From an uncultured Actinomycetota bacterium (GTDB lineage Bacteria; Actinomycetota; Actinomycetes; Mycobacteriales; Mycobacteriaceae), in contig CAVXVJ010000006.1 in NCBI GenBank assembly GCA_963765155.1, forward strand, positions 38,638 to 102,637: a stretch of 64,000 nucleotides of DNA, read 5' to 3'. Below the pieces are notes generated by a model. It made no database searches. It was not told the origin of the DNA and was given only the letters and a program-made list of their open reading frames with translations. This document shows, one piece after another, positions 32,385 to 43,399 of this stretch (the first letter of the stretch is position 1; the number at the start of each line of letters is the position of its first letter). Both the position numbers and the translations under genes were made by a program.

Positions 32385-33044
32385 TAGATCTTTCGGATGA
32401 CGGTGACGACCTTGCCGAGCACCGCGGCTTCGTTACCCGGAATGGGGTCGAACGCCGGGTTGTGCGGCATCAGCCACACCTGACCGCGGCTGCGCTTGAA
32501 CGTCTTGACGGTCGCTTCGCCGTCGATCATCGCCGCGACGATGTCCCCGTTGTCGGCGACGTTCTGCTGACGCACGACCACCCAGTCGCCGTCGCAGATG
32601 GCGGCGTCCACCATCGAGTCGCCGACCACCTTGAGCAGGAACAGCGAGCCCTCGCCGACAAGCTCTTTCGGCAGCGGGAAGACGTCCTCGACGGCCTCCT
32701 CGGCCAGGATCGGCCCGCCGGCCGCGATGCGGCCCAGCACCGGCACGAACGTCGGCTCGGGTAGTGCGTCGGACCCGGCGACGTCGGTGGCGACGATGGG
32801 CGCCATTTCGTCGGGGCTACGCACATCGACCGCGCGCGGCCGGTTGGCGTCGCGCCGCAGATAGCCCTTGCGCTCCAGTGTGCGCAGCTGATGGGCCACC
32901 GACGAGGTCGACGTCAGGCCGACCGCATCGCCGATCTCCCGGATGCTCGGGGGATAGCCGCGAGAGGTGACCGAGGCGCGAATGACCTCGAGGATGGTGC
33001 GCTGACGCTCGGTGAGACCCGCCTCGTGCTCGTCGTCTGCTCAT
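32384..33044 (-). CDS. lexA: SOS repressor LexA (1-bp indel just after the start codon)
   Basis: [37 protein letters not shown]. Confidence 0.95.
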
Positions 33045-33076
33045 GGCGCCGAATGTAGTCGCCAGCAGGGCAATAA

Positions 33077-33092
33077 TCAAACATGTGTTCGA
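33077..33092. promoter_or_regulatory. SOS box (lexA autoregulation)
   Basis: TCAAACATGTGTTCGA. Confidence 0.9.
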
Positions 33093-33136
33093 CGCGTGTC
33101 GCCTTCACCTGCCGAGACTCGGGCGGTGGCAGAAAT

Positions 33137-33159
33137 TTGTCGGTGGGGTGCCCTATCGT
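33137..33159 (+). promoter_or_regulatory. RecA-NDp (PafBC-type) promoter of chiZ
   Basis: TTGTCGGTG-8 nt-TATCGT. Confidence 0.8.
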
Positions 33160-33170
33160 TTGGCAACAGT

Positions 33171-33206
33171 TCGATCACATGTTCTATAAATCGAACAGGT
33201 GATCGA
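33171..33206. promoter_or_regulatory. Two tandem SOS boxes upstream of chiZ
   Basis: TCGATCACATGTTCTA (33171-86) and TCGAACAGGTGATCGA (33191-206). Confidence 0.75.
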
Positions 33207-33254
33207 GTATGGTTCGAACACAAGAGCGAAGGCAGCGGCGCGAAAGGTGGGGCA

Positions 33255-33716
33255 ATGACGATTATCGATACCCGGGACCATCAGGCAGCAGCGATGAACA
33301 AGCCCGTGGTCAGGCCCGGATTCCGGCCTGTCGACGCGCGACGGCGACCACGATCTGCCCGTCCTGCCGGCGCGCCCATGCGCCACCGCGGTACCGGTGT
33401 GCTGATGTCGCGGGCTTCGCATCGTCGGCGTCCGATCACGCCGGTGACGACGGTGCTTCTCGCCATCACCGCCGCGGCGATCACCGTGTGGCTCGGCCTG
33501 GTGGCCCAGGTGGGCGGGGTGACCGGCGGCGCCGCTACCGCGCCGGACCGGCTGGCGGTCGTTCAGGTCCAGACGGGCGAGACGCTGCAGCACGTGGCTG
33601 CGCGGGTGGCGCCCGATGCGCCGGTCGGACAGGTCGTGGAGCGCATCCGCGAACTCAACCAGCTCGAGTCCGTGGCGGTGGACGCCGGTCAGACGCTCAT
33701 CGCTCCCATCGGCTGA
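33255..33716 (+). CDS. chiZ: DNA-damage-induced cell division inhibitor (TM plus LysM), Rv2719c orthologue
   Basis: Divergent from lexA; TM helix then [18 protein letters not shown]...IRELNQL. Confidence 0.85.
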   Translation: MTIIDTRDHQAAAMNKPVVRPGFRPVDARRRPRSARPAGAPMRHRGTGVLMSRASHRRRPITPVTTVLLAITAAAITVWLGLVAQVGGVTGGAATAPDRLAVVQVQTGETLQHVAARVAPDAPVGQVVERIRELNQLESVAVDAGQTLIAPIG

Positions 33717-33878
33717 CAGCGTGCCGTGGGAGGTGAAAGAGTTTGCGGCACAGCACCCCTGGTGGGTAGCTCGGCCTCACGCGCCGCAATCGCCCCGGAG
33801 CTGGGCTGCCCGGACGGCGCGCAGGTACGCTCGGAGACGTTCGAGGTAGCTGTTGGTCGTCGCGGTGAAGGAGCGGTG

Positions 33879-34349
33879 ATGCACTGTCCGTTCTGCCGCA
33901 ACCCTGATTCCCGGGTGGTCGACTCTCGCGAAACCGACGAAGGTCAGGCGATCCGGCGTCGCAGGTCATGTCCCGAATGCGGGCGCCGATTCACCACCGT
34001 TGAGACGGCGGTGCTGGCCGTCGTCAAGCGCAGCGGCGTCACCGAGCCGTTCAGCAGGGAGAAGGTCGTCAGGGGCGTGCGCCGGGCGTGCCAGGGCAGG
34101 CAGGTCGACGACGATGCGCTGAATCTGCTCGCCCAGCAGGTGGAAGACACCGTCCGGGCCACGGGTTCACCCGAGGTTCCCAGCCATGAGGTGGGGCTGG
34201 CCATCCTGGGTCCGCTGCGCGAGCTGGACGAGGTCGCCTACTTGCGGTTCGCGTCCGTCTACCGGTCGTTCTCGTCGGCGGAGGATTTCGAGCGGGAGAT
34301 CGAGGCGCTGCGGGCGCACCGCAAGGCCCCACAGCCGGCCCAGAGCTGA
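33879..34349 (+). CDS. nrdR: Transcriptional repressor NrdR
   Basis: [32 protein letters not shown]. Confidence 0.96.
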   Translation: MHCPFCRNPDSRVVDSRETDEGQAIRRRRSCPECGRRFTTVETAVLAVVKRSGVTEPFSREKVVRGVRRACQGRQVDDDALNLLAQQVEDTVRATGSPEVPSHEVGLAILGPLRELDEVAYLRFASVYRSFSSAEDFEREIEALRAHRKAPQPAQS

Positions 34350-34370
34350 CCGTGCAAAGCCGCGTAGAAC

Positions 34371-35057
34371 TCAGTCGATCTGCTTCGTGCCGTCGCTGAC
34401 GACTCGCCCCGCGATCCGGACCCAGCCCTCGGGGCTCCACTGCGTGTGGATCATCGATCCCTTGCCCTGCACGATCGTCAAATCCCGGCTGAGATAGTCG
34501 GTGATCCGCACGGCCGCGGCACCGGTGGCTTCGTCCTCCGGCACGCCGAGGTTCGCCGCGAACATGCGCGAGCGCAGCACACCCTGCTCTTTGTCGGTCC
34601 AGGTCCACAGGTAGTTCTGAATGTCGTCGGGATAGTCGTCCGGGTCGGCCTCGAACAGCTCATCGGTCGACGCCAGGTCGTAGATCGCAAACTCCGGCGC
34701 CCACTCCGAGCGGGCGCTGACCGCGGTCAGATCGTCCTCGTAGGCGACCTGAACGATGCCCGCGGGTACCTGCAGCGTGTGGATGGGTGTGCCGATCTCA
34801 CGCAGCCACCACGACGCGCCAACCGTCGGATGTCCCGCGAACGGCAGCTCGGTGGCCGGTGTGTAGATGCGAGCGTGTGCCGTACTGGCGCCCCGCTCCG
34901 GCAGGTCGATGAATATCGTTTCGCTGTAACCCAATTGGGTGGCTATCCGTTGCCGGTCTCGGGGCTCCACCGTACTGGCGTCCACTACGCCGAGGGGATT
35001 CCCATAGTTGCCGTCAGGGTCGGTGAAAACGCGCAGCACTGTCACGTCGATGGCCAT
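34371..35057 (-). CDS. PhzF-family isomerase (Rv2716-like)
   Basis: [32 protein letters not shown]. Confidence 0.9.
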   Translation of the reverse strand: MAIDVTVLRVFTDPDGNYGNPLGVVDASTVEPRDRQRIATQLGYSETIFIDLPERGASTAHARIYTPATELPFAGHPTVGASWWLREIGTPIHTLQVPAGIVQVAYEDDLTAVSARSEWAPEFAIYDLASTDELFEADPDDYPDDIQNYLWTWTDKEQGVLRSRMFAANLGVPEDEATGAAAVRITDYLSRDLTIVQGKGSMIHTQWSPEGWVRIAGRVVSDGTKQID

Positions 35058-35103
35058 GCGCCGATGCTACTTCGTCCGTGGCCGGCGTCGGCGCGGCCGT
35101 CGG

Positions 35104-36129
35104 TCAGGTGGCGCTGCGTTCGTCGGTGCCCATCGCGTCGAGCACCGCGACCCGGGTGTCGACCGACCCCGAGATGGCGCCCTCGCTGATGCCGGCGCGC
35201 AGCAGGCCGCGCAGGTATTCCGGGTCGTACACGGCGGGCTCGGTTGCATCGATGAAGCGCTGCACGACCTCGACGAAACGGTCTGGGTCGTCATGGAATG
35301 GGAAATGTCCGGAGCCGTCGAAGATCTCCAACTCCGATCCGGGCATCGCGGCGTGTGCCATGCGGGCGTGGCTGACCGGTATCACCGAATCCCGGCTGCC
35401 CCAAATCAATTGCACCGGAACCGATTGCGTCAAATAACATCGGTCCAGCATGGTGACGACCTGGCCGCGCCAGTCGACCACCGCGCGCAGTGTTCGGGCG
35501 AAGGCTGACGACGCCGTCGGCTCGGGCAGGTCCGCCAAGATCCGCAGCACGTCGGGCAGATCGCGGCCCAGACCCGTCGACCCGAATACCGCGCCCGCGA
35601 TGCGGCCCATCACCTGCACCGCCGGAATCACCAGCGGCACCCGCAGCAGGGCGAGCGCCTCACTGCCCAGTATCGGCAGCGATGCCCACCGCAAGGCGAT
35701 GTTGACGTCCTTGGTCACGCCGCCGGCCCCGACGAGGATCAGCCGCTCGACCAACTGTGGGAACTGGTAGGCGAACTGCATCGCCACCCCGCCGCCCAGC
35801 GAGTGGCCCACCACCGTGACGCGGTCGATCTCGAGCACGCTCAGCAGATCCCGCATGCCGTTGGCGTATGCGGCCACCGAATAGTCGGCGCGCGGTTTGT
35901 CGGACTTGCCATGGCCCAACAGATCGGGGGCGATGACGGTGAAGCGCTGGGCAAGCTTGCTCTGAACGGTGCTCCATGTGGTGGAGTTGTCGCCGATGCC
36001 GTGAATCAGCAGAATCGCCGGGCCCGAGCCGGCTACCCGGTACGCGCGCCGGTACCCGTGGATGGTCCGGTACGCAAGCGTCGGCGTCAGTTCCCGCACG
36101 GGGCGCAGGTTGGGTTTGCCTTTAGCCAT
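35104..36129 (-). CDS. Alpha/beta hydrolase (Rv2715-like)
   Basis: LIHGIG, GHSLGG, GHFP. Confidence 0.9.
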   Translation of the reverse strand: MAKGKPNLRPVRELTPTLAYRTIHGYRRAYRVAGSGPAILLIHGIGDNSTTWSTVQSKLAQRFTVIAPDLLGHGKSDKPRADYSVAAYANGMRDLLSVLEIDRVTVVGHSLGGGVAMQFAYQFPQLVERLILVGAGGVTKDVNIALRWASLPILGSEALALLRVPLVIPAVQVMGRIAGAVFGSTGLGRDLPDVLRILADLPEPTASSAFARTLRAVVDWRGQVVTMLDRCYLTQSVPVQLIWGSRDSVIPVSHARMAHAAMPGSELEIFDGSGHFPFHDDPDRFVEVVQRFIDATEPAVYDPEYLRGLLRAGISEGAISGSVDTRVAVLDAMGTDERSAT

Positions 36130-36170
36130 GGATCCGGTTCATTTCGCCAACTTCGTTGTCGGGCCGATGG

Positions 36171-37154
36171 TTACTTGTTGTCCGGGTCGTCTTTGAAGCC
36201 GTCCTTGAACTTGTCACGCTGTGCGAGAAATCGTTCGAACTCGGCACCGAGTTCATCCCCGCTGGGCAGATCCTCATCGCGTGCCAGGAGCGACCGGTTT
36301 TCCTGAGCGGCAACGAACGCATCGTACTGGCGCTCCAGCGCCTCCACCACTTGAGCGACCTCGGTGCTCGCGGCGACCTGTTCGTTGATTTTGTCGTGCA
36401 CCTCGGCGCCCGCTTCGGTCAACGCGGCCAACGGAATCTGCAGCGAGGCGCTTTTGGCGACCTCGGCCAGCAGCGCCTCGGCGGCACCGGGATAGTCGGT
36501 CTGGGCCAGGTAGTGCGGGACGTGCACGGTGAAGCCGACGACTTCGTGGCCGTGCTGGGCCATCCGGAACTCCAGCAGATTCGACACGCTGCCGGGCACC
36601 TGCACTTCACCGACCCATGGCTGGTGATCGGCGATGAGCTCCTTGTCGTTCGCGTGCGCTGTCAACGTGATTGGGCGGGTGTGCGGCACGGCCATCGGAA
36701 TCGTGCCCAGCCCGATCACCCGTCGCACGCCGAGCCGCTCCGCCAGCAGCCGCACCGCGGTGATGAACCGCTCCCAGCGCAGGTCCGGCTCCATCCCGGC
36801 GAGCAGCAGGAACGGTGTCCCGACGCTGTCGTGCAGGGCGTACAGGTTGAGCTCGGGATCCTCGTAGTGGGTGAAGTGGTCGGTCTTGAAGGTCATCAAC
36901 GGGCGCCGGGACCGGTAGTCCAGCAGTTCGTCGATGGCGAACGACGCCACCAGCTCGGTGTCGAGCGTGTTCTTGAGGTGCTCGGCGGCCAGCCGGATCG
37001 CGTGACCGGCGTCCGAGAAGCCCTCGAGGGCATGGATCAACACCGGTCCGCGGCCGTCCTGGGACGACAACTGCGGCGCCGGGAACTCCAACTCGTACAT
37101 CCCGGTCTGGTCGGGCTGGTAGTGCTGGTCTGGGCTACCTGGGTCGTCAGCCAT
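36171..37154 (-). CDS. PAC2-family protein (Rv2714-like)
   Basis: EGFSDAGHA, DYRSRRP, PHTRP, HVPHYL. Confidence 0.9.
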   Translation of the reverse strand: MADDPGSPDQHYQPDQTGMYELEFPAPQLSSQDGRGPVLIHALEGFSDAGHAIRLAAEHLKNTLDTELVASFAIDELLDYRSRRPLMTFKTDHFTHYEDPELNLYALHDSVGTPFLLLAGMEPDLRWERFITAVRLLAERLGVRRVIGLGTIPMAVPHTRPITLTAHANDKELIADHQPWVGEVQVPGSVSNLLEFRMAQHGHEVVGFTVHVPHYLAQTDYPGAAEALLAEVAKSASLQIPLAALTEAGAEVHDKINEQVAASTEVAQVVEALERQYDAFVAAQENRSLLARDEDLPSGDELGAEFERFLAQRDKFKDGFKDDPDNK

Positions 37155-37273
37155 TTCTGCCTCGCCTCCTCGTGATACCAGTGTCGCGCATGTTGCAGCG
37201 GATGCCAGTGCGGCCCCGTCCGGCGATGTTTGCCCAACGGTGTCCACAGCCCCGTCCGGCAAGATCAGTGGGC

Positions 37274-38068
37274 ATGTACGCACGGACGTCCCGCTGGCTG
37301 GTCCTGGTGACCGTACTGCTCGCGTCGGCGTCGTGCGGCCGTCCCAGCCCGGCGGAGCACCATCTCAGCATGGCCGCGCCCGCGCCGACGCCGACACCGG
37401 CCACCGCGCGGCCGGTGCCGCCCGACCCGAAGGTCGGGGCGGTGTTCGGAGGCGGTGCGTCATTGCACACGTGCAGCGGTGCGGTGCTCGACTCGGCCGG
37501 CGGAGACCTGATCCTGACCGCCGCGCACTGCATGGCCGACGGCGTCGACGCCACCTTCGTCGCCGGTTTCAACAACGAGGCTGCGCCCGAGAATTCCTGG
37601 CACATCGACGCGGTGTACCTGGATCCCCGCTGGGTGCAGAACCAGGACCCGATGGCTGACTTCGCCATCGCGCGGGTCAGCCGTGACGCCGGCGGCACGA
37701 TCAAGGCCCAGACCGGCGGCGGCCTGTTGCTGGGGCCCGCCCCGAAACCGGGGACGGTCGTCGTCGTCACTGGGTATCCGATGGGTGACGGCGGCGGCCC
37801 GGTCGGCTGCCGGGCAGCCACCGCCCAAGCGACGCAAGGCTTTCCGTCGCTGCCGTGCGGGGGTGTGGTCGACGGGCTGTCCGGTGCGCCGTGGGTCGCA
37901 GGGTCGACGGTCACGGGTCTGGTCGGCGGCCTCGACGGCGGCGGCTGTCACGACGAAAGCTCCTACTCACCGCCATTCGACGACGCGATCACAGGTCTGC
38001 TCACCCGCGCCGAGGCCGGCGGTCCGGCGGACGCAGCGCCGACGGTGTTCGACGACGGCTGCGATTAA
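37274..38068 (+). CDS. Trypsin-like serine protease lipoprotein
   Basis: Lipobox-like SASC, CSGAV, LTAAHC, DFA, GLSGAPW. Confidence 0.8.
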   Translation: MYARTSRWLVLVTVLLASASCGRPSPAEHHLSMAAPAPTPTPATARPVPPDPKVGAVFGGGASLHTCSGAVLDSAGGDLILTAAHCMADGVDATFVAGFNNEAAPENSWHIDAVYLDPRWVQNQDPMADFAIARVSRDAGGTIKAQTGGGLLLGPAPKPGTVVVVTGYPMGDGGGPVGCRAATAQATQGFPSLPCGGVVDGLSGAPWVAGSTVTGLVGGLDGGGCHDESSYSPPFDDAITGLLTRAEAGGPADAAPTVFDDGCD

Positions 38069-39480
38069 CCGCGGAACTGGCTCAGCGCACGCAGCTTGTT
38101 CATCACGTCCAGCGCGGCGACCTTGTAGGCCTCCGAGAAGGTCGGGTAGTTGAACACCGCGTCGACGAGGTACTCGACGGTGCCGTCGCAACCCATCACG
38201 GCTTGCCCGATGTGCACCATCTCCGTTGCGCTCGTACCGAAGATGTGCGCGCCCAACAGCTTCAGGTCGTCGGTGGACACCAGGAGCTTGAGCATGCCGT
38301 AGGAGTCGCCTGCGATCTGGCCGCGGGCCAGCTCCCGGTACCGCGACACCCCGACCTCGTACGGGATCGAGTTCTTCGTCAGCTCGACCTCGGTGGCACC
38401 GACGTAGGACACCTCGGGGATGGAGTAGATGCCGATGGGCTGCAGGTCGGTCATGCCCTTCGCCGGCTCGCCGAACGCGTGGTAGGCAGCCAGCCGGCCC
38501 TGATCCATCGACGTGGCGGCCAGCGCCGGGAATCCGATCACGTCGCCGACGGCGTAGATGTGGTCGACCTTGGTCTGGAACTGGCTGTCGACGAAAATCC
38601 TTCCGCGATTGTCGGTTTCGAGCCCGGCGTTGGGCAGGTCCAGGTGTTCGGTCTGGCCTTGCCGCCCGGCCGAGTACATCACCGTCTCGGCGGGAATCTG
38701 CTTGCCGCTGGCCAAGGTGGTCACGGTGCCCGCGGCGCCGACGTCGACGGCCGTCACCTCTTCACCGAAACGGAACGTCACCGCGAGGTCGCGCAGGTGA
38801 AACTTCAACGCCTCCACGATCTCCGGGTCGCAGAAGTCCAGCATCGTGTCGCGCTTCTCCACCACCGTGACCTTGGTGCCCAGGGCGGCGAACATCGAGG
38901 CGTACTCGATGCCGATCACGCCGGCGCCCACCACCACCATCGATGTCGGCAGCGACTTGAGGTCGAGGATCCCGTCGGAGTCCAGCACGCGGTCTTCGTC
39001 GAACTCGACGCCGGCCGGGCGGGCGGGCTTGGTGCCGGTGGCGATCACGATGTACTCGCCTGTGACGGTCGTGCGCTCACCGCGGGTGGGCTCCTCGACC
39101 AGCACGGTGTGTGCATCGATGAAGCGGCCGTGGCCCTGGATCAGGTCGATGCGGTTGCGCATCAACTGCGACCGGACCACGTCCTGCTCTTTGTTGATCA
39201 CGTGGCTGGTGCGGGCCAGCAGGTCGGCCGGAGTGATCTTTTCCTTGACGCGGTAGCTGGCGCCGTAGAGTTCGCGCTGGCTCATGCCGGTGAGGTAGAC
39301 GACCGCCTCACGCAGTGTCTTGGACGGGATGGTGCCGGTGTTCACGCAGACACCACCGAGCATCCGTCCGCGCTCGACCACCGCGACGGACTTGCCGAGC
39401 TTTGCCGCCGCGATGGCGGCCTTCTGCCCGCCCGGACCCGATCCGATGACGACGAGGTCGTACTCCAGCACAGAAGCCAT
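38065..39480 (-). CDS. sthA: Soluble pyridine nucleotide transhydrogenase
   Basis: [34 protein letters not shown]. Confidence 0.93.
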   Translation of the reverse strand: MASVLEYDLVVIGSGPGGQKAAIAAAKLGKSVAVVERGRMLGGVCVNTGTIPSKTLREAVVYLTGMSQRELYGASYRVKEKITPADLLARTSHVINKEQDVVRSQLMRNRIDLIQGHGRFIDAHTVLVEEPTRGERTTVTGEYIVIATGTKPARPAGVEFDEDRVLDSDGILDLKSLPTSMVVVGAGVIGIEYASMFAALGTKVTVVEKRDTMLDFCDPEIVEALKFHLRDLAVTFRFGEEVTAVDVGAAGTVTTLASGKQIPAETVMYSAGRQGQTEHLDLPNAGLETDNRGRIFVDSQFQTKVDHIYAVGDVIGFPALAATSMDQGRLAAYHAFGEPAKGMTDLQPIGIYSIPEVSYVGATEVELTKNSIPYEVGVSRYRELARGQIAGDSYGMLKLLVSTDDLKLLGAHIFGTSATEMVHIGQAVMGCDGTVEYLVDAVFNYPTFSEAYKVAALDVMNKLRALSQFRG

Positions 39481-39614
39481 GGCACAAGGTGTACGCCGGT
39501 TGCGGCGATCTCGCATGCCGACCGGAGTCAACAGCGCGTGAATTGATTGCCCGTGGCGGCAAATCGGGAGTTTACGCGCGCGCCTGACCGATAGGCCGAC
39601 CCGGCGATGAGACG

Positions 39615-40313
39615 ATGATGCCGATGGTCAGGTCGGGGTCGGCTGTTAGGGGCTGCGTGCTGCTCGTGGCCGCCGCGTTGCTCGCCGGCTGCACCCGGAT
39701 GATCGTCGGGACGATGCACCCCGCGAGACCCGGAGGCGAAGAAGCCGCGCCAATTCCGGTGGCGGACTTGCTGATCGAGCCCGAGCATTTTCCGCAGCGG
39801 TATCCCGCGGCGGTGCTCGACGGCGCCTCGGTGGATCGGGTGCTAGAGGACGTCGACGGTGTGCCCGACGGATCCGTGGTGACCCCGCCAGAGTGCGCGC
39901 CGCCGGCGGCGCCCCATGACACCGCCGCCGTGCAGGGCCACGACGGGGACGCCAGCAGCCTGATCGTCGCGGTGGCCCGTCCCGCACCGCCGCTGCGCGC
40001 CAGGGCCGATCAGCTGGCCGCCTGCCCATCGTTCACGTCGGTCCGCGGTCCGGACACGTACTCGGTGACGGTGACGCTGTTGGCCCCGCCGCCCGTCGAC
40101 GCCGACGACACCTACGCCGTCGAGCAGACAGTCATCGAGCAGCCGTCGGGGCAGAGACGCCGAACGTTGACGTTGGCGGCCCGGGTCGGCGACGTGCTCC
40201 TGCTCGCCAGCTGGTCGCACGCCGGCACACACGACGTTGCGCCCGACACCCTGTCGCTGGACACCCTGTTCACCGATGCGGTGCTCAAGGTGCGCCGCGT
40301 CGGTGGACCGTAA
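39615..40313 (+). CDS. Hypothetical lipoprotein
   Basis: LLAGC lipobox, TPPECAP; weak resemblance to mycobacterial sensor-domain lipoproteins. Confidence 0.65.
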   Translation: MMPMVRSGSAVRGCVLLVAAALLAGCTRMIVGTMHPARPGGEEAAPIPVADLLIEPEHFPQRYPAAVLDGASVDRVLEDVDGVPDGSVVTPPECAPPAAPHDTAAVQGHDGDASSLIVAVARPAPPLRARADQLAACPSFTSVRGPDTYSVTVTLLAPPPVDADDTYAVEQTVIEQPSGQRRRTLTLAARVGDVLLLASWSHAGTHDVAPDTLSLDTLFTDAVLKVRRVGGP

Positions 40314-40404
40314 GTCTGTCCCCAGTCTCGAATTCATCCCCAGGCGAGGCCGATAAACGCCTGTGGTGCGTCGAGCCGACGGTGCCGGGGGCCAGGTTCG
40401 GGTC

Positions 40405-41499
40405 ATGACGACATCGCAATCACCCTTCCATCTGAGTCGGCCCGGCATCCTGATCGCGGCCCTGCCCGCTGTGCTCGGGTTCGTACCGGAGAAATCCCTC
40501 GTACTCGTTACCGTTGATCGTGGCGAATTGGGATGCGTCATGCGCGTCGACCTTTCGGATGAGCTGCCCGATTCGGTGGCGCACCTCGCCGACGTGGCCG
40601 CCGCAGCGAAACCCGATTCGGCGATCGCCGTCGTGGTCGACGAGGAGGGAGCCCATTGCCGGATGTGCAACGACGACTACCGCCACCTGGCCGACATCCT
40701 GACCACGTCGCTCGCCGAGCGGGGCATCGAGTTGCTCGCCGCCCATGTGGTGGACCGCGTAGCCCCTGGTGGTCGGTGGCACTGCGCGGACGGTTGCGGC
40801 AAAACCGGCACGATTGAGGACCCGTCCGCATCACCGCTGGCCATGGCGGCGGTCCTGGACGGACGCAGGCTCTACGGCCGGCGTTCCGAGCTGCAGGAGG
40901 TCATCGAGGTTGTCGACCCGGTCCGCAGCGCCGGGCTGGTCAAGCTCGTCCGTCGTGACAAGCACGATGGCCGCAACCCTGACGACAGGCCGGACTCCGC
41001 CGCGCGGCGCGACATCGAAACCGCGATCGCCGCCGCCGCGCGGGTGGCCGAGGGCGCCGCACTGACCGATGCCGAGCTGGCCCGGCTGGCGAGGTCGCTG
41101 GTCGACACCCGGGTGCGCGACACGCTCTACGCGTTGGCGGTCGGGGAGACGGCGGATGCCGCCGAGGCGCTGTGGGCGGTGCTGGCCCGCACGCTGCCGG
41201 AACCGTGGCGGGTCGAGGCGCTCGTACTGCTGGCGTTCTCGGCGTACGCGCGCGGCGACGGGCCGCTGGCCGGGGTGTCGCTGGAGGCTGCGCTGCGCTG
41301 TGACCCCACACACCGAATGGCGGGCATGCTCGATACCGCGCTGCAGTCGGGGATGCGACCCGAGCAGATCCGCGAACTGGCCGTCACCGGTTACCGGTTG
41401 GCCGATCAGCTGGGCGTGCGGCTACCGCCGAAGCAGGACTTCGGCAGACGTGCGGGTAGTCCTACCTTCGGGCGGCCCTCTATACCTTCTCGACCTTGA
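40405..41499 (+). CDS. DUF4192 protein (Rv2712c-like)
   Basis: LIAALPAVLGFVPEKSLV, AYARGDGPLAGVSL. Confidence 0.85.
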   Translation: MTTSQSPFHLSRPGILIAALPAVLGFVPEKSLVLVTVDRGELGCVMRVDLSDELPDSVAHLADVAAAAKPDSAIAVVVDEEGAHCRMCNDDYRHLADILTTSLAERGIELLAAHVVDRVAPGGRWHCADGCGKTGTIEDPSASPLAMAAVLDGRRLYGRRSELQEVIEVVDPVRSAGLVKLVRRDKHDGRNPDDRPDSAARRDIETAIAAAARVAEGAALTDAELARLARSLVDTRVRDTLYALAVGETADAAEALWAVLARTLPEPWRVEALVLLAFSAYARGDGPLAGVSLEAALRCDPTHRMAGMLDTALQSGMRPEQIRELAVTGYRLADQLGVRLPPKQDFGRRAGSPTFGRPSIPSRP

Positions 41500-42172
41500 C
41501 GGCGTGCGCCATGTGGTGCGGCAGCTCGACCTGCTCGTGGCCCGGGATCACGATCATGACCCCGCCATTGTCGTTGGCCTGCACGGTAACTCGTGCATTG
41601 GGCACGACGCCGGCGTCCTTGAGCCTGGCGATCAGCCCGGTGTCGCCCTGGACGTGCTCGGTGAGTTGGCGCACGACGACCGCGACGGGCATGCCGGACG
41701 GCAGTTCGGTGAGCCGCACCAGGTTGACGTCGGCGCGCTCGAAGCTGTCGCCGACGCCGAGTTCGGACAGGCCAGGAATCGGATTGCCGAACGGCGAGGT
41801 GGTCGGGTTGTCGAGGACCTGAACCAGGCGGCGTTCGACGTCCTCGCTCATCACGTGTTCCCAGCGACAAGCCTCGGCGTGGACTTCCTCCCAGGGCAGC
41901 CCGATCACGTCGACCAGAAGGCGCTCAGCGAGCCGGTGCTTGCGCATCACGGCGATTGCGAGGGCGCGGCCCTTATCGGTTAGCTCCAGGTGACGGTCGC
42001 CGGCGACATGGAGCAAGCCGTCGCGTTCCATCCGCGACACGGTCTGGCTGACGGTGGGTCCACTCTGCTCGAGGCGTTCGGCGATGCGCGCCCGCAGCGG
42101 AACGACGCCCTCTTCCTCGAGGTCGTAAATCGTCCGCAGATACATCTCGGTGGTATCGACAAGATCGTTCAT
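41480..42172 (-). CDS. ideR: Iron-dependent regulator IdeR
   Basis: MNDLVDTTEMYLRTIY, HRLAERLL, EACRWEH. Confidence 0.96.
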   Translation of the reverse strand: MNDLVDTTEMYLRTIYDLEEEGVVPLRARIAERLEQSGPTVSQTVSRMERDGLLHVAGDRHLELTDKGRALAIAVMRKHRLAERLLVDVIGLPWEEVHAEACRWEHVMSEDVERRLVQVLDNPTTSPFGNPIPGLSELGVGDSFERADVNLVRLTELPSGMPVAVVVRQLTEHVQGDTGLIARLKDAGVVPNARVTVQANDNGGVMIVIPGHEQVELPHHMAHAVKVEKV

Positions 42173-42249
42173 TCGTACAGCCCTCCGTCGCACCCGAGTC
42201 TACCGGTCACGCCGCCTGAACTGCGGCGCTACGCCACGCCGGCAAATGC

Positions 42250-42279
42250 GAATGCCCGCCGGTGACCCGGCGGGCATTC
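42250..42279 (-). terminator. Hairpin downstream of sigB
   Basis: GAATGCCCGCCGG-TGAC-CCGGCGGGCATTC, perfect 13-bp stem. Confidence 0.65.
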
Positions 42280-42291
42280 AGGGCAAACGTC

Positions 42292-43251
42292 CTAGCTGGC
42301 GTATGAGCGCAGTCGGTCGGCGCGCTCGCCGTTGCGGAGCTTCGCCATCACCTCGCGCTCTATCTGGCGGACCCGCTCCCGGGACAGACCGAACAGCTTG
42401 CCGATCTGGTCCAGCGTGCGGGGCTGACCGTCGTCGAGGCCGAACCGCAGCCGGATCACCTGCTGCTCGCGCTCGTCGAGCGTGGCCAGCACGTGGCGGA
42501 TATCGGTGTGCAGCAGTTCGGAGATGACGGCGTTCTCGGCCGACATCGCCTCGGCGTCCTCGATGAAGTCGCCCAGCGGGGCCTCCTCGTCGCTGCCGAC
42601 CGGCATGTCCAGGCTCACCGGGTCACGGCTGTGCTCCAGCAGGTCGGTGATCTTGTCCACCGGGATGCCGGACTCGGCGGCCAGCTCCTCATCGGTGGCC
42701 TCGCGGCCGAGGTTCTGGTGCATCTCCCGCTTGATCCGGGCCAGCTTGTTGACCTGCTCGACCAGGTGGACGGGCAGGCGGATGGTGCGGCTCTGATCGG
42801 CCATGCCACGGGTGATCGCCTGACGGATCCACCAGGTGGCATACGTCGAGAACTTGAATCCCTTGCTGTAGTCGAACTTTTCCATTGCACGGATCAGACC
42901 CAGGTTCCCCTCCTGAATCAGGTCCAGCAACGGCATCCCGCGACCGGTGTAGCGCTTCGCCAGCGACACGACGAGTCGAAGGTTGGCCTCCAGCAGATGG
43001 CGCCGCGCCGCTTCGCCATCGCGGACGACGGCGGCAAGATCGCGTTTGCGGTTCTCGCCCAACCGCTTCCGTGTCGCCAGCAGATGCTGCGCGTAAAGCC
43101 CGGTCTCAATGCGCTTTGCGAGTTCGACCTCGTCGGCGGCATTGAGCAAGGCCGTTTTGCCAATGCCGTTCAGGTACACGCGCACCAAATCAGCGGCTGG
43201 ACTCTGGGCGTCCAGATCGTGGTCGATGCGGGTTGTGGTGGCAGTTGCCAT
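42292..43251 (-). CDS. sigB: RNA polymerase sigma factor SigB
   Basis: [22 protein letters not shown], ends RLRSYAS; next to ideR. Confidence 0.96.
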   Translation of the reverse strand: MATATTTRIDHDLDAQSPAADLVRVYLNGIGKTALLNAADEVELAKRIETGLYAQHLLATRKRLGENRKRDLAAVVRDGEAARRHLLEANLRLVVSLAKRYTGRGMPLLDLIQEGNLGLIRAMEKFDYSKGFKFSTYATWWIRQAITRGMADQSRTIRLPVHLVEQVNKLARIKREMHQNLGREATDEELAAESGIPVDKITDLLEHSRDPVSLDMPVGSDEEAPLGDFIEDAEAMSAENAVISELLHTDIRHVLATLDEREQQVIRLRFGLDDGQPRTLDQIGKLFGLSRERVRQIEREVMAKLRNGERADRLRSYAS

Positions 43252-43288
43252 GACGGCCTCCTGGTCGGGTCGAACTGTCATGAGCTAC

Positions 43289-43314
43289 AACGCCCACTCG
43301 CCCCTAAGAGTTCC
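43289..43314 (-). promoter_or_regulatory. SigE/SigH-type promoter of sigB
   Basis: Minus strand GGAAC-17 nt-CGTT. Confidence 0.8.
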
Positions 43315-43399
43315 CGCCGCTGCGGCCGGTTCACACGTTCTGATCTGCGGTTATTCGGGATCGACCTGAGAATGTGCTGAGAAACCAGCCAGAAGTTCC

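Noticed and set aside
32384-32899. LexA lacking its DNA-binding domain (171-aa ORF)
   Set aside because: The frame stays open upstream through the HTH region; one extra base after ATG AGC explains the short call.
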